Both the position numbers and the translations under genes were made by a program. The notes beneath the pieces were generated by a model. The model did not search any database and was not told where the DNA came from. It worked only from the letters and a program-made list of their open reading frames with translations. A DNA stretch of 64,000 nt from Collinsella sp. (GTDB lineage: Bacteria > Actinomycetota > Coriobacteriia > Coriobacteriales > Coriobacteriaceae), in contig JBGKMI010000001.1 of the NCBI GenBank assembly GCA_041330285.1, positions 304,630 to 368,629 of the forward strand, in the 5' to 3' direction. Of the stretch, positions 10,498 to 19,348 are shown piece by piece. Within the stretch, counting starts at the first letter, position 1; the number at the start of each line of letters is the position of its first letter.

Positions 10498-12015
10498 ATG
10501 GCGCTCTATCTGGGTATTGATATTGGGACAAGCGCCTCTAAAGGCGTTTTAATCGATGATCGATGCAACATCGTTTGCCAAGCCTCTTGTGGACATGAGA
10601 CGGACAACCCGTGTGACGGATGGTACCAGCATGATGCCGAGGCCGTTTGGTGGGGCGATTTTTGCCGCTTGTCGCGCGAGCTGGTGGCGCGATCGGGGGT
10701 TAACGCGGCACAGATCGGATGCGTGGGCCTTTCCGCATTGGGCTGCGACTGTGTGCCGGTCGATACCGAGTGCAACGCGCTGGCGCCCGCGATTTTGTAT
10801 GGAGTCGATGCACGTTCGAAACCGCAGATTGACGAGCTTCTTTCCGAATATGGGTCAGATCGCGCACGCGAGCTTTTCGGGCACGATCCCTGTTCGTCAG
10901 ATATTGCTCCCAAGATCTTGTGGTTTAAGGAGAATATGCCCGAGGTGCACGAACGTGCCGCGAAGTTCCTGACGGCGTCATCGTTTCTGTGCGCAAAGTT
11001 GACGGGGCGTTTTACGGTGGACCGTTATTTGGCGGAGGATTTTCTTCCCCTATACGACAGCTTCACTTGGAAGGTTGATGCTCGGGAATGTGCTCGTTTC
11101 TGCCGGCCTGACCAGATGGCGGAGGTAATGTCGGCTACCGATATTGCCGGGGTGATTACTCAGCGTGCGGCTGAGGCGACGGGGCTCGCGGCAGGGACAC
11201 CTGTCTTGGTGGGAACGGGCGACTCTGGTGCCGAGGCCATTTCGACGGGTGTATTTCGTCCCGGCGATATGATGGTTCAGTTGGGGAGTACGGCGTATTT
11301 CATCTATCTAGCTGATCATATGGTCGATGATGCCCGCCTGTGGCCAGGGACGTTTATCATTCCCGGAACTTACGGGATCTGCGCGGGGACCAATACGGCG
11401 GGTGCGCTCACATCGTGGCTGCGCCAAGAGCTGTATCGCGACGCCGTGGAGGCCGAGGGCCACGGTGGCCCCGATGCATATTCGGTTATGGCGCATGATG
11501 CCGCCGGTGTGGCGCCGGGTGCCGATGGGCTCCTGTGTCTGCCGTACTTTGCGGGGGAGCGCACTCCGCTCAACGATCCCGAGGCGCGTGGCGTCTTCTT
11601 TGGCCTGACCGGAAGGCATACGCGAGCCCATATGGTTCGTGCCGCCTTGGAAGGCGTCGCGTATACCGTTGCATCCCATGTCGACATTATCGAGCGAGAA
11701 CATGGACTGCCAATTGGGCGCATTATGCTTGTCGGAGGTGGAACCAAGAATCCAGTTTGGATGCAGGCTATCGCCGACGTATGTGGGCGCGAGGTCTCGG
11801 TTGCCAAGGTTACGGTGGGCGCATGCTTCGGTGATGCCATCATGGCAGCTCTCGCAGGTGGCGCCTATGCATCATGGGATGAGCTCGCCCAAGTCCTTGG
11901 CGTTGCGCAAACAATCGTGCCTGATATGACTGCCCACGAGTTATATGCGTCGCGCCGTCATATCTTTGACGAATTGTATGCACGCAACCGTGATCTCATG
12001 CACGAATTGGTGTAA
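10498..12015 (+). CDS. FGGY-family carbohydrate kinase (xylulokinase-like)
   Basis: LGIDIGTS, PAILY, LPYFAGERTP, ALEGVAY and GGGTKN. Confidence 0.9.
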   Translation: MALYLGIDIGTSASKGVLIDDRCNIVCQASCGHETDNPCDGWYQHDAEAVWWGDFCRLSRELVARSGVNAAQIGCVGLSALGCDCVPVDTECNALAPAILYGVDARSKPQIDELLSEYGSDRARELFGHDPCSSDIAPKILWFKENMPEVHERAAKFLTASSFLCAKLTGRFTVDRYLAEDFLPLYDSFTWKVDARECARFCRPDQMAEVMSATDIAGVITQRAAEATGLAAGTPVLVGTGDSGAEAISTGVFRPGDMMVQLGSTAYFIYLADHMVDDARLWPGTFIIPGTYGICAGTNTAGALTSWLRQELYRDAVEAEGHGGPDAYSVMAHDAAGVAPGADGLLCLPYFAGERTPLNDPEARGVFFGLTGRHTRAHMVRAALEGVAYTVASHVDIIEREHGLPIGRIMLVGGGTKNPVWMQAIADVCGREVSVAKVTVGACFGDAIMAALAGGAYASWDELAQVLGVAQTIVPDMTAHELYASRRHIFDELYARNRDLMHELV

Positions 12016-12094
12016 TGCTGCCGAATTGTACCGCCTTCCAATAGGGACCCGCGTTGTGTGATTCGCATGCCCCTTGGCATTTTTGCCACAGGGG

Positions 12095-12877
12095 TTAGCG
12101 AAGGTCAAAAACAGAGTGCGCATTTGCTAAAACTGCCGACTCGATGCGCTTTGCGTCACAGTTTTTGAGTGAGGCGATGCGCATCGAGGTCCTTGCGAGC
12201 GATCTGATGAGCGACTGCGCGCTTGTTTCTGTGTTTGGTTCGGCTGGCGCATCGGTCTCGAGCAGTAGACGGTCGAGTGGAATCTGCCGGGCATATTCGC
12301 GACCGCGCTTGGTGGCGAGCATACGCTCGTTCACGGAAAAATAGCAGTTTGCGTTTCGCGCGCGGGCGAGTTCGTTCGAAGTGCCGCTAAACCAGTGGAA
12401 GATGATAGCGGGGGAGTCGGGGTTTGGGATGAGTAGTCCATGCGATTCGAGGACGTCCAGTACGGCTCCTGCCGAACGAACGGCGTGAATTGATATCACG
12501 CGCCCGGTAAGAGGATGCTGCACGAGTGCATCGCAGAGCCGGTTAAGTGCCTGTATTTGTAGCGGCTCACTTCCAGCAAAGCGCGCGGAAAAGTCGAGCC
12601 CGACTTCGCCGATGTAGCGCTCTTGGGCAGCAACTTCGCAAAGCAGATTGACTTCGGCGGGACCGCAGCGGCCGTCGGCGAGCCACCAGGGATGGAGGCC
12701 GATGCCCTTGATGACGGTAGGAAGGCGACGGGTTCGCCCGTGTGCGCTAGCGAAGTCGCGTGGATCGACGCCGCAATCAAATAGACCCAAGCCCAGCGCC
12801 GTTGCCTCATCGGCAACGGCGTCCGGGTGAGCCATTAAATCAAGATGGCAGTGTGCATCAAATAACCGGGGCTCCAT
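12095..12877 (-). CDS. tatD: TatD family hydrolase/DNase
   Basis: DAHCH, GLHPW, IGEVGLDF, HWFSG and LLETDAP. Confidence 0.9.
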   Translation of the reverse strand: MEPRLFDAHCHLDLMAHPDAVADEATALGLGLFDCGVDPRDFASAHGRTRRLPTVIKGIGLHPWWLADGRCGPAEVNLLCEVAAQERYIGEVGLDFSARFAGSEPLQIQALNRLCDALVQHPLTGRVISIHAVRSAGAVLDVLESHGLLIPNPDSPAIIFHWFSGTSNELARARNANCYFSVNERMLATKRGREYARQIPLDRLLLETDAPAEPNTETSAQSLIRSLARTSMRIASLKNCDAKRIESAVLANAHSVFDLR

Positions 12878-12891
12878 CTCGGCGCGCTCCG

Positions 12892-13692
12892 CTAGTCTAG
12901 GCGCTGGCCATCGGCACGCACGTGCTCGGTGCCGCGGCCACTGATCTGGCGGATAACCTCGCCGGCGATCATCTGGCCCATGATGGGCGGCATAAAGCTG
13001 GCGGTTCCGAGCTCGGTACGCTCGTGGATGTTGGAAGGGTCGCGGGGCTGTGTCTTAACCGATTCCTCGCAGCTAAACAGTACATGTAGGCTCTTGATTC
13101 CGCGCTTCTTACATTCTTTGCGCATAATGCGGCTCATGGGGTCACGTACCGTATCGAAGATGTCGGCAAAGCGGAGGCACTCGGGATGGAGCTTGTTGGC
13201 CCCGCCCATGGAGCTAACCAAACGAATGTCGTGGTCCTGAGCATATTTGGCAATGGTGAGCTTGGCCGAGATGGTGTCGATGGCGTCGACGACGTAGTCG
13301 AGCTTGCCGTCCGTCTGCTCCAAAACGCTCGCGAAGAACTCGTCGATGTTGTCGCTCAGCAGGTATTCGGTGCGTTTGATAACGGTGGCGGCGGGATTGA
13401 TATCGCGGATCATGGCATCCATCACGTCCACTTTGCGCTTGCCGACGGTGCTGTGAAAGGCGATGGCCTGGCGATTGATATTGCTGGGCGCGATGATGTC
13501 CTTGTCCAGAATGACGAAATGACCGATGCCGCCGCGGGCGAGTGCCTCGCAGCAGTTGGAGCCCACGCCTCCGCAGCCGAGCACCAGCACCGTGGCGGCG
13601 GCGAGTTTGTCGAGCGCCTCGCGGCCCATGATGATTTCGAGCTTGGTATCGCGCGTCTCGACGAGAGCGGCAGCGGTTTCGGCCATAGACAT
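12892..13692 (-). CDS. tcdA: tRNA threonylcarbamoyladenosine dehydratase (ThiF family)
   Basis: GCGGVGS, SNINRQ, VDAID and SSMGGANKL. Confidence 0.85.
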   Translation of the reverse strand: MSMAETAAALVETRDTKLEIIMGREALDKLAAATVLVLGCGGVGSNCCEALARGGIGHFVILDKDIIAPSNINRQAIAFHSTVGKRKVDVMDAMIRDINPAATVIKRTEYLLSDNIDEFFASVLEQTDGKLDYVVDAIDTISAKLTIAKYAQDHDIRLVSSMGGANKLHPECLRFADIFDTVRDPMSRIMRKECKKRGIKSLHVLFSCEESVKTQPRDPSNIHERTELGTASFMPPIMGQMIAGEVIRQISGRGTEHVRADGQRLD

Positions 13693-13801
13693 CCTCCGAT
13701 TGGGAAGCGAATCGTGTTTTAGCTATCGTCATTATAGGTAATCGCCCATAGGTTGCGATGGCGTTTGCTTTGATGTGGATTGAAGCATTGCGATTAGATA
13801 G

Positions 13802-13817
13802 TTAGACAAACATCTAA
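13802..13817. promoter_or_regulatory. Candidate ArsR/SdpR autorepressor operator
   Basis: TTAGA-N6-TCTAA palindrome upstream of a TATAGT -10-like hexamer and sdpR. Confidence 0.5.
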
Positions 13818-13865
13818 ATATCGAGTATAGTGTGCGCGTCGAACGAAATGCTGAGAGGAGGTCCT

Positions 13866-14144
13866 ATGCCGGGAGAGGGTTTTAAGGCGCTTGCCGATCC
13901 AACGCGACGGCGCATTTTGGAGTTGCTGCGCGAGGGCAATTGCACGGCGGGGGAGCTTGCCGAGCATTTCGATATCAGTAAGCCATCGCTGAGCCATCAC
14001 TTGGCGACGCTCAAAAACGCCGGGTTGGTGACCGACGAGCGCCATGGCCAAAACATCGTATACAGCTTAAACACCACCGTCATGCAGGATTTAATTGGCT
14101 GGTTTATGGGCTTTACAAACACGGAAGGTGATAAGGATGAATAA
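13866..14144 (+). CDS. sdpR: ArsR-family autorepressor (SdpR-like)
   Basis: FKALADPTRRRILELL...TAGELAEHFDISKPSLSHHL...YSLNTTV. Overlaps the SdpI gene. Confidence 0.85.
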   Translation: MPGEGFKALADPTRRRILELLREGNCTAGELAEHFDISKPSLSHHLATLKNAGLVTDERHGQNIVYSLNTTVMQDLIGWFMGFTNTEGDKDE

Positions 14145-14841
14145 CGAAAACAAGGGCATTCACCCCACGGGGGTATCGTCGCGCGTGTGGATTGCGCTGG
14201 TTGCTCTGTGCGTCGCCAATGTCGTAGCGCACCTCATGGTGATGCCGAGCTTGCCTGCGCAGATTCCTACGCACTGGGGCGCGAACGGCGCCGTCGACGG
14301 TTGGGGTCCTAGCTGGATGGCCTCCGCGCTCGGCGTGCTGCCTCTGGTGCTTCTCGCAATGTTCTGCGTGGTGCCGCGCATCGATCCCAAAGGTGAGGCA
14401 TATCGAACCTCGGGCAAGTTCTATCAGGGCTTCGTAATCGCCTTCACCTTGTTCATGTGCGCCGTAAGCTGGTTGGGTGAGCTTACGGTCTGGGGCGTGG
14501 TGCCGGCGGTCGGTTCGGTCAACGTGCTGATTTCCGGTGCTATCGGTTTGCTGTTCATCGGCGTAGGCAACTACTTGCCGCGTGTGAAGCAGAACTATAC
14601 GCTCGGTATCAAGACGCCTTGGGCGCTTGCCGATCCCGAGAACTGGCGCCGTACGCAGCGCTTTGGCGGTGCCTGCTTTATGGTGCTGGGTGTTGGCCTG
14701 ATTGCGATGGGCGTGGCAGGTGCTGTGCTTTCGAATGAAGTCGTCGCCGCGGTGATTGCGGTTCTGGCGTTTGGTTCGGTCGGAGCCGTCTACGTCTACT
14801 CGTATCTGCTGTGGCGCAAATCTCAGCGGGCTGTTCGTTAA
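14137..14841 (+). CDS. sdpI: SdpI-family immunity membrane protein (DUF1648 + SdpI)
   Basis: LPAQIPTHW...DGWG, PRIDPK and GNYLPRVKQNYTLGIKTPWAL...NWRRT. Confidence 0.85.
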   Translation: MNNENKGIHPTGVSSRVWIALVALCVANVVAHLMVMPSLPAQIPTHWGANGAVDGWGPSWMASALGVLPLVLLAMFCVVPRIDPKGEAYRTSGKFYQGFVIAFTLFMCAVSWLGELTVWGVVPAVGSVNVLISGAIGLLFIGVGNYLPRVKQNYTLGIKTPWALADPENWRRTQRFGGACFMVLGVGLIAMGVAGAVLSNEVVAAVIAVLAFGSVGAVYVYSYLLWRKSQRAVR

Positions 14842-15025
14842 GGTTGCGGAAAACTAGCGTACGCAGTTCATGGTATGTTCTGGGGGATTTTTCCCAGGTA
14901 GTATTAGGGGGTATGGGCAACCATGCCCCTTTTTCGTTACGTTTCAGAGCTAGTTTTCTCATTTCGTTTCCACTAAAGCGAATCAAGAATAGGGAAACAA
15001 CAGGTAGAAAGGATAAAACAGACAA

Positions 15026-16705
15026 ATGGCGGAGTTTATCTACCAGATGTATCAGGCTCGCAAGGCCCATGGCGACAAGGTAATCCTTGACGACGTGACC
15101 CTGAGCTTCTACCCCGGTGCCAAGATCGGCGTCGTGGGCCCCAACGGTATGGGCAAGTCGACCCTGCTCAAGATCATGGCCGGCATCGAGGAGGTCTCCA
15201 ACGGCGATGCCAGGCTTACCCCCGGCTACACCGTGGGCATCCTGCAGCAGGAGCCGCCGCTTGACGACGACAAGACCGTCATCGAGAACGTGCGCATGGC
15301 GTTTGGCGACATGATCGCCAAGGTCGATCGCTTCAACAAGATCGGCGAGGAGATGTGCGATCCGGACTGCGACATGGACGCCCTCATGGCCGAGATGGGA
15401 AAGCTCCAGGACGAGATTGACGCCGCCGACGGCTGGGATATCGATTCCAAGCTCGGCCAGGCCATGGACGCCCTGCAGCTGCCCGATTCCGACATGCCGG
15501 TCAACGTGCTCTCTGGCGGCGAGCGCCGCCGTGTGGCCCTGTGCAAGCTGCTGCTCGAGGCTCCCGACCTGCTGCTGCTCGACGAGCCCACGAACCACCT
15601 GGACGCCGAGTCGATCCTGTGGCTCGAGCACTTCCTGCACAACTACCAGGGCGCGGTGCTTGCCGTCACGCACGATCGCTACTTCCTGGATAACGTTGCC
15701 GAGTGGATCTGCGAGGTCGACCGCGGCCACCTTTATCCCTACAAGGGCAACTACTCCACGTATCTGGAGACCAAGGCTGCCCGTATCGAGGCGCAGGGCA
15801 ACCGCGATGCCAAGCTCGCCAAGCGCATGGAGGCCGAGCTCGAGTGGGTACGCAGCTCGCCCAAGGCTCGCCAGGCCAAGAACAAGGCCCGTCTGGCTCG
15901 CTACGAGGAGATGGAGGCCGAGGCCCGCGCAAGCCAGAAGCTCGACTGGACTGACATTCGCATTCCTGTGGGCCCGCGTTTGGGCAACAAGGTGCTCGAG
16001 GCCCATCACCTGCACAAAGAGTTCGATGGCCGCGTGCTTATCGACGACCTTTCGTTCACCCTGCCGCGCAACGGCATCGTGGGCGTCATCGGCCCCAACG
16101 GCGTCGGTAAGACCACGCTGTTCAAGACGATTGTGGGTCTGGAGCCGCTGACTTCGGGCGAGCTCGAGGTGGGCGAGACCGTCAAGATTTCTTACGTCGA
16201 CCAGAACCGTTCCGGCATCGACCCCGATAAGAACCTATGGGAGGTCGTCTCGGACGGCCTGGACCACATGATGGTCGGCGAGACCGAGGTTCCGAGCCGC
16301 GCTTATGTGGCGAGCTTTGGCTTTAAGGGCCAGGACCAGCAGAAGCGCGCTGGCGTACTTTCCGGTGGCGAGCGCAACCGTCTGAACCTGGCGCTTACGC
16401 TCAAGCAGGGCGGCAACCTGCTGCTCCTCGACGAGCCCACGAACGACCTCGACGTCGAGACGCTGTCCTCGCTCGAAGCGGCGCTGCTCGAGTTCCCGGG
16501 CTGCTCGGTGGTCATTAGCCACGACCGTATGTTCCTGGACCGCGTCGCCACGCACATTCTGGCGTGGGAGGGCACCGACGAGAATCCGGGCAACTGGTAT
16601 TGGTTCGAGGGCAATTTCGAGGCCTATCAGGCCAACCGCATCGAGCGCCTGGGCGAGGACGCAGCCCAGCCGCATCGTATTCACCGCAAGCTGACGCGTG
16701 ATTAG
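15026..16705 (+). CDS. ettA: Energy-dependent translational throttle ABC-F protein EttA
   Basis: Two ABC domains, ELEWVRSSPKARQAKNKARL linker, and EttA-like N- and C-termini. Confidence 0.95.
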   Translation: MAEFIYQMYQARKAHGDKVILDDVTLSFYPGAKIGVVGPNGMGKSTLLKIMAGIEEVSNGDARLTPGYTVGILQQEPPLDDDKTVIENVRMAFGDMIAKVDRFNKIGEEMCDPDCDMDALMAEMGKLQDEIDAADGWDIDSKLGQAMDALQLPDSDMPVNVLSGGERRRVALCKLLLEAPDLLLLDEPTNHLDAESILWLEHFLHNYQGAVLAVTHDRYFLDNVAEWICEVDRGHLYPYKGNYSTYLETKAARIEAQGNRDAKLAKRMEAELEWVRSSPKARQAKNKARLARYEEMEAEARASQKLDWTDIRIPVGPRLGNKVLEAHHLHKEFDGRVLIDDLSFTLPRNGIVGVIGPNGVGKTTLFKTIVGLEPLTSGELEVGETVKISYVDQNRSGIDPDKNLWEVVSDGLDHMMVGETEVPSRAYVASFGFKGQDQQKRAGVLSGGERNRLNLALTLKQGGNLLLLDEPTNDLDVETLSSLEAALLEFPGCSVVISHDRMFLDRVATHILAWEGTDENPGNWYWFEGNFEAYQANRIERLGEDAAQPHRIHRKLTRD

Positions 16706-16728
16706 TCGAGCTCAGGTGACCTAACGAG

Positions 16729-16765
16729 AAAGGGACGATAACCTTGAGGGTTATCGTCCCTTTTT
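16729..16765. terminator. Intrinsic terminator between convergent genes
   Basis: AAAGGGACGATAACC...GGTTATCGTCCCTTTTT. Confidence 0.85.
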
Positions 16766-16766
16766 G

Positions 16767-18062
16767 TTACTTGGTAGAAGGCTCGACTTTATCGATGGTC
16801 CAGGCGGCTCCGAGACCGCCGGTGGTGTTGCGGCGGATGCGAACGGTGACTTCGTGGCGCTCGCCGGCCTGCGTGTAGCGCAGGGGGAAGCTTGCGCGGT
16901 TTCGCGCGGCCTCGATGGTACCGCGCTCGCGGGCAATCCAATAGTACTCGCCGACGATGCCGAGCGTGTCGGCGCCGTAGGGGAGATAGGTCGACAGCTG
17001 GTGCAGAAGCGGGCCGGGGCAGAAGACCTCGGTTGCGAAATCGACGGGGAAGTCCTCGGGGATGGCGGGCGCTGCGGGTGCGGGGGCCGGTGCTGCAGCG
17101 GGGACCGGAGCCGGTGCGGGTGCGGGAATTTGGTCGCAAGCAGAGGTGGGCACGGATTCGATGGCGGGTGCGGGCTCTAGCGTCGTTTTCGGCTTGATCG
17201 TAGAATCTGCGGGCTTCACGGTGGCGGGCGCGTCTGCAGCTGCAGTTTCAACCTCAACCTGCGTCGCGTTCTCGTTCTCGACGCTCGGCTTTGCCTCGAT
17301 GGGCGTGGATGCCATGGTGGTGATGCCGGCGTTGGCGTTCTCGGGGTCATAGACGACCGTGAGCGAGATGGCGGGCTGCGGCGTCTCGGGCTTCGGCGCC
17401 GACTCGGTAGCGCCTTGATCGGCGGGCTCGTTGGGTTGATCGTCCTCAGTCTCGTCGCTAAAGACACCGCTGTTTTGGTACGCAGGCGTCTCGGGTTGGT
17501 TGGTGGCTTCTTCGGTTGTCGACTTGGGAGCCTCGTCGAGCTCCGCAGTGGCTTCCTGCTCGGATATGACTTTGGCGTCGGTCGTGGCGGCGATTTCGGC
17601 TTCGGCTTCTGCTGTTACCTCAATAGTGACTTCGAGCTCGGGCTCGGGCTCAGGCGCAGCTTCAACTACGGGTTCGGGACGCTTAACGTGCTTGGGACGC
17701 ACGGCCTTGAGGTCCTTCTCGCCGCGCTTTTTCTTTTTGTAGGACTGCTTGGCGCCCTTGGCGGCCTTGGGCTTGTCCTCGCCTTTGGCAAGGGCGGCAT
17801 CCCAGGTCTCGTTGGCAATGACGGTGGCATACAGGCGACCGCCCTTAAAGACAGTCAGCTTGATGCAGTCATCGAGCTCCTCGAGCAGCTCGCGCGTGGA
17901 CTCGAAGCCCAGGTCATAAGCGGCCATGTCGCCGGCGGCGAGCGTCTCCTCGACCTGCGTCATAAACGTTTGCTTGCCGCACCCAATCGCATCGCGCAGT
18001 AGACGATATAGATAGATGTGGTTGCCCAGCGATAGCGTGGGCTTAACTATTGTCTTGCTCAT
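16767..18062 (-). CDS. Hypothetical protein: folded N- and C-terminal domains joined by a long acidic Pro/Ala/Glu-rich linker
   Basis: Long ORF with host-like codon usage. GAGGAG SD before ATG 18062. Confidence 0.75.
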   Translation of the reverse strand: MSKTIVKPTLSLGNHIYLYRLLRDAIGCGKQTFMTQVEETLAAGDMAAYDLGFESTRELLEELDDCIKLTVFKGGRLYATVIANETWDAALAKGEDKPKAAKGAKQSYKKKKRGEKDLKAVRPKHVKRPEPVVEAAPEPEPELEVTIEVTAEAEAEIAATTDAKVISEQEATAELDEAPKSTTEEATNQPETPAYQNSGVFSDETEDDQPNEPADQGATESAPKPETPQPAISLTVVYDPENANAGITTMASTPIEAKPSVENENATQVEVETAAADAPATVKPADSTIKPKTTLEPAPAIESVPTSACDQIPAPAPAPVPAAAPAPAPAAPAIPEDFPVDFATEVFCPGPLLHQLSTYLPYGADTLGIVGEYYWIARERGTIEAARNRASFPLRYTQAGERHEVTVRIRRNTTGGLGAAWTIDKVEPSTK

Positions 18063-18200
18063 GGCAAATCTCCTCTTTACACACCAAAGCATCTTACCAT
18101 CGCACGGGGCGTGCCACCTCGGCGCCCAAGGCAAACGGGCGCGACCGTTGCCGGTTCGCGCCCGTTATACAGGTCGGTTATCTATGAGAGGCAAACGTGC

Positions 18201-19145
18201 TTAGTTGCCCGACGCCGTGCCTTGGCTCGAGCTGTCAGATGCCGTACCGGACGCGGTTCCGCTCGAGCTGTTAGTGCTGCTGTTGTCGGTAGATCCCGTG
18301 CCCGATGTATTGCCGCTCGTCTGGTCGCCCGTGCTCGGCTGCGAGCTGTCAGTCGTTTGGCTTGAGTCGGTCGTGCCGGATTGCGTGCCGCTGTTGTTCA
18401 CGGAAGAATCGACGCCCTGCGATTGATCGGGGGTGTTCGAGGACGAGTCGGTGGATGCGGAGGTGCCCTGCGAGTCGTCCTGCTGGCTTTGCGATTGACC
18501 AGTGCTATCCGCGTCGTGCTCGGTCGTGCGCGACGACAGAATCGGCTCGGGGCGCTCGCCCAGACCCTCACCGGCGGTGGTGATAAGGATGGCGCCGGCA
18601 CAGGCAATGACCGCGACGATGGCGATGGCGATCGAGAAGACGATGACCTTCTTTTGCGTCTGGCTGCGCTCTGCCGCCGCCTTGGCGCGCAAGCTGTCGG
18701 GGGCAACGCGCGCCGTGGTCGCGCGCCCCGCAATCTGGCGCATCTCCTGCGTAGTCGCGGCGCCGCCCAGGTGCTCCTCGGCATTAAATTCAACGGGCTC
18801 ATAGGCGCCGGCGGGGTAGTCGACGTCGGCGTGCGTACCTTTGAGGGCTTTGGCGCTGGCAGAGATAAAGTGGCGGTAGACCTGCGAGGACACAACGGTG
18901 ATGACCGAGCTCACGGCGGCACCGATCACCGATCCGGCGATACCGATCTTGGAAGCAAGCGCGACGCTTGTGGCGGCTGCTGCGGCGCCGGCGATGATCT
19001 GGGGAATGGAAATGTCATCGAACAGGCCCTTTTTGGGCGCGATGGCCATGGTCTGTCCGATGGAATGGTTTTCGTGAACGCCGTTGTTGAGCGCGGCCGG
19101 TGTCATGACGCGCGTGCGCGGCGCGTCAGTGTACTTGGTTGTCAT
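18201..19145 (-). CDS. Hypothetical membrane protein with Ser/Thr/Gln-rich C-terminal tail
   Basis: GGAGG SD, hydrophobic segments and a low-complexity S/T/G tail. Confidence 0.75.
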   Translation of the reverse strand: MTTKYTDAPRTRVMTPAALNNGVHENHSIGQTMAIAPKKGLFDDISIPQIIAGAAAAATSVALASKIGIAGSVIGAAVSSVITVVSSQVYRHFISASAKALKGTHADVDYPAGAYEPVEFNAEEHLGGAATTQEMRQIAGRATTARVAPDSLRAKAAAERSQTQKKVIVFSIAIAIVAVIACAGAILITTAGEGLGERPEPILSSRTTEHDADSTGQSQSQQDDSQGTSASTDSSSNTPDQSQGVDSSVNNSGTQSGTTDSSQTTDSSQPSTGDQTSGNTSGTGSTDNSSTNSSSGTASGTASDSSSQGTASGN

Positions 19146-19348
19146 ACGGGGTCCTCCCGGTGTAAATCTGCTTCGTTTCATGCAGCCATCAGGGTACCCA
19201 CCAGATGTGAATCGTACGTGACATTTAGCAGATACCATCAACTCATCAATAGCTCACCAAGTTGGTGGGATGCGGTTACACCCGGCGGTTGAACTACAAT
19301 AGGGCTTGCTAATTGTTGTGAATGGCGTCTACGCACGGGAGCATTCTT

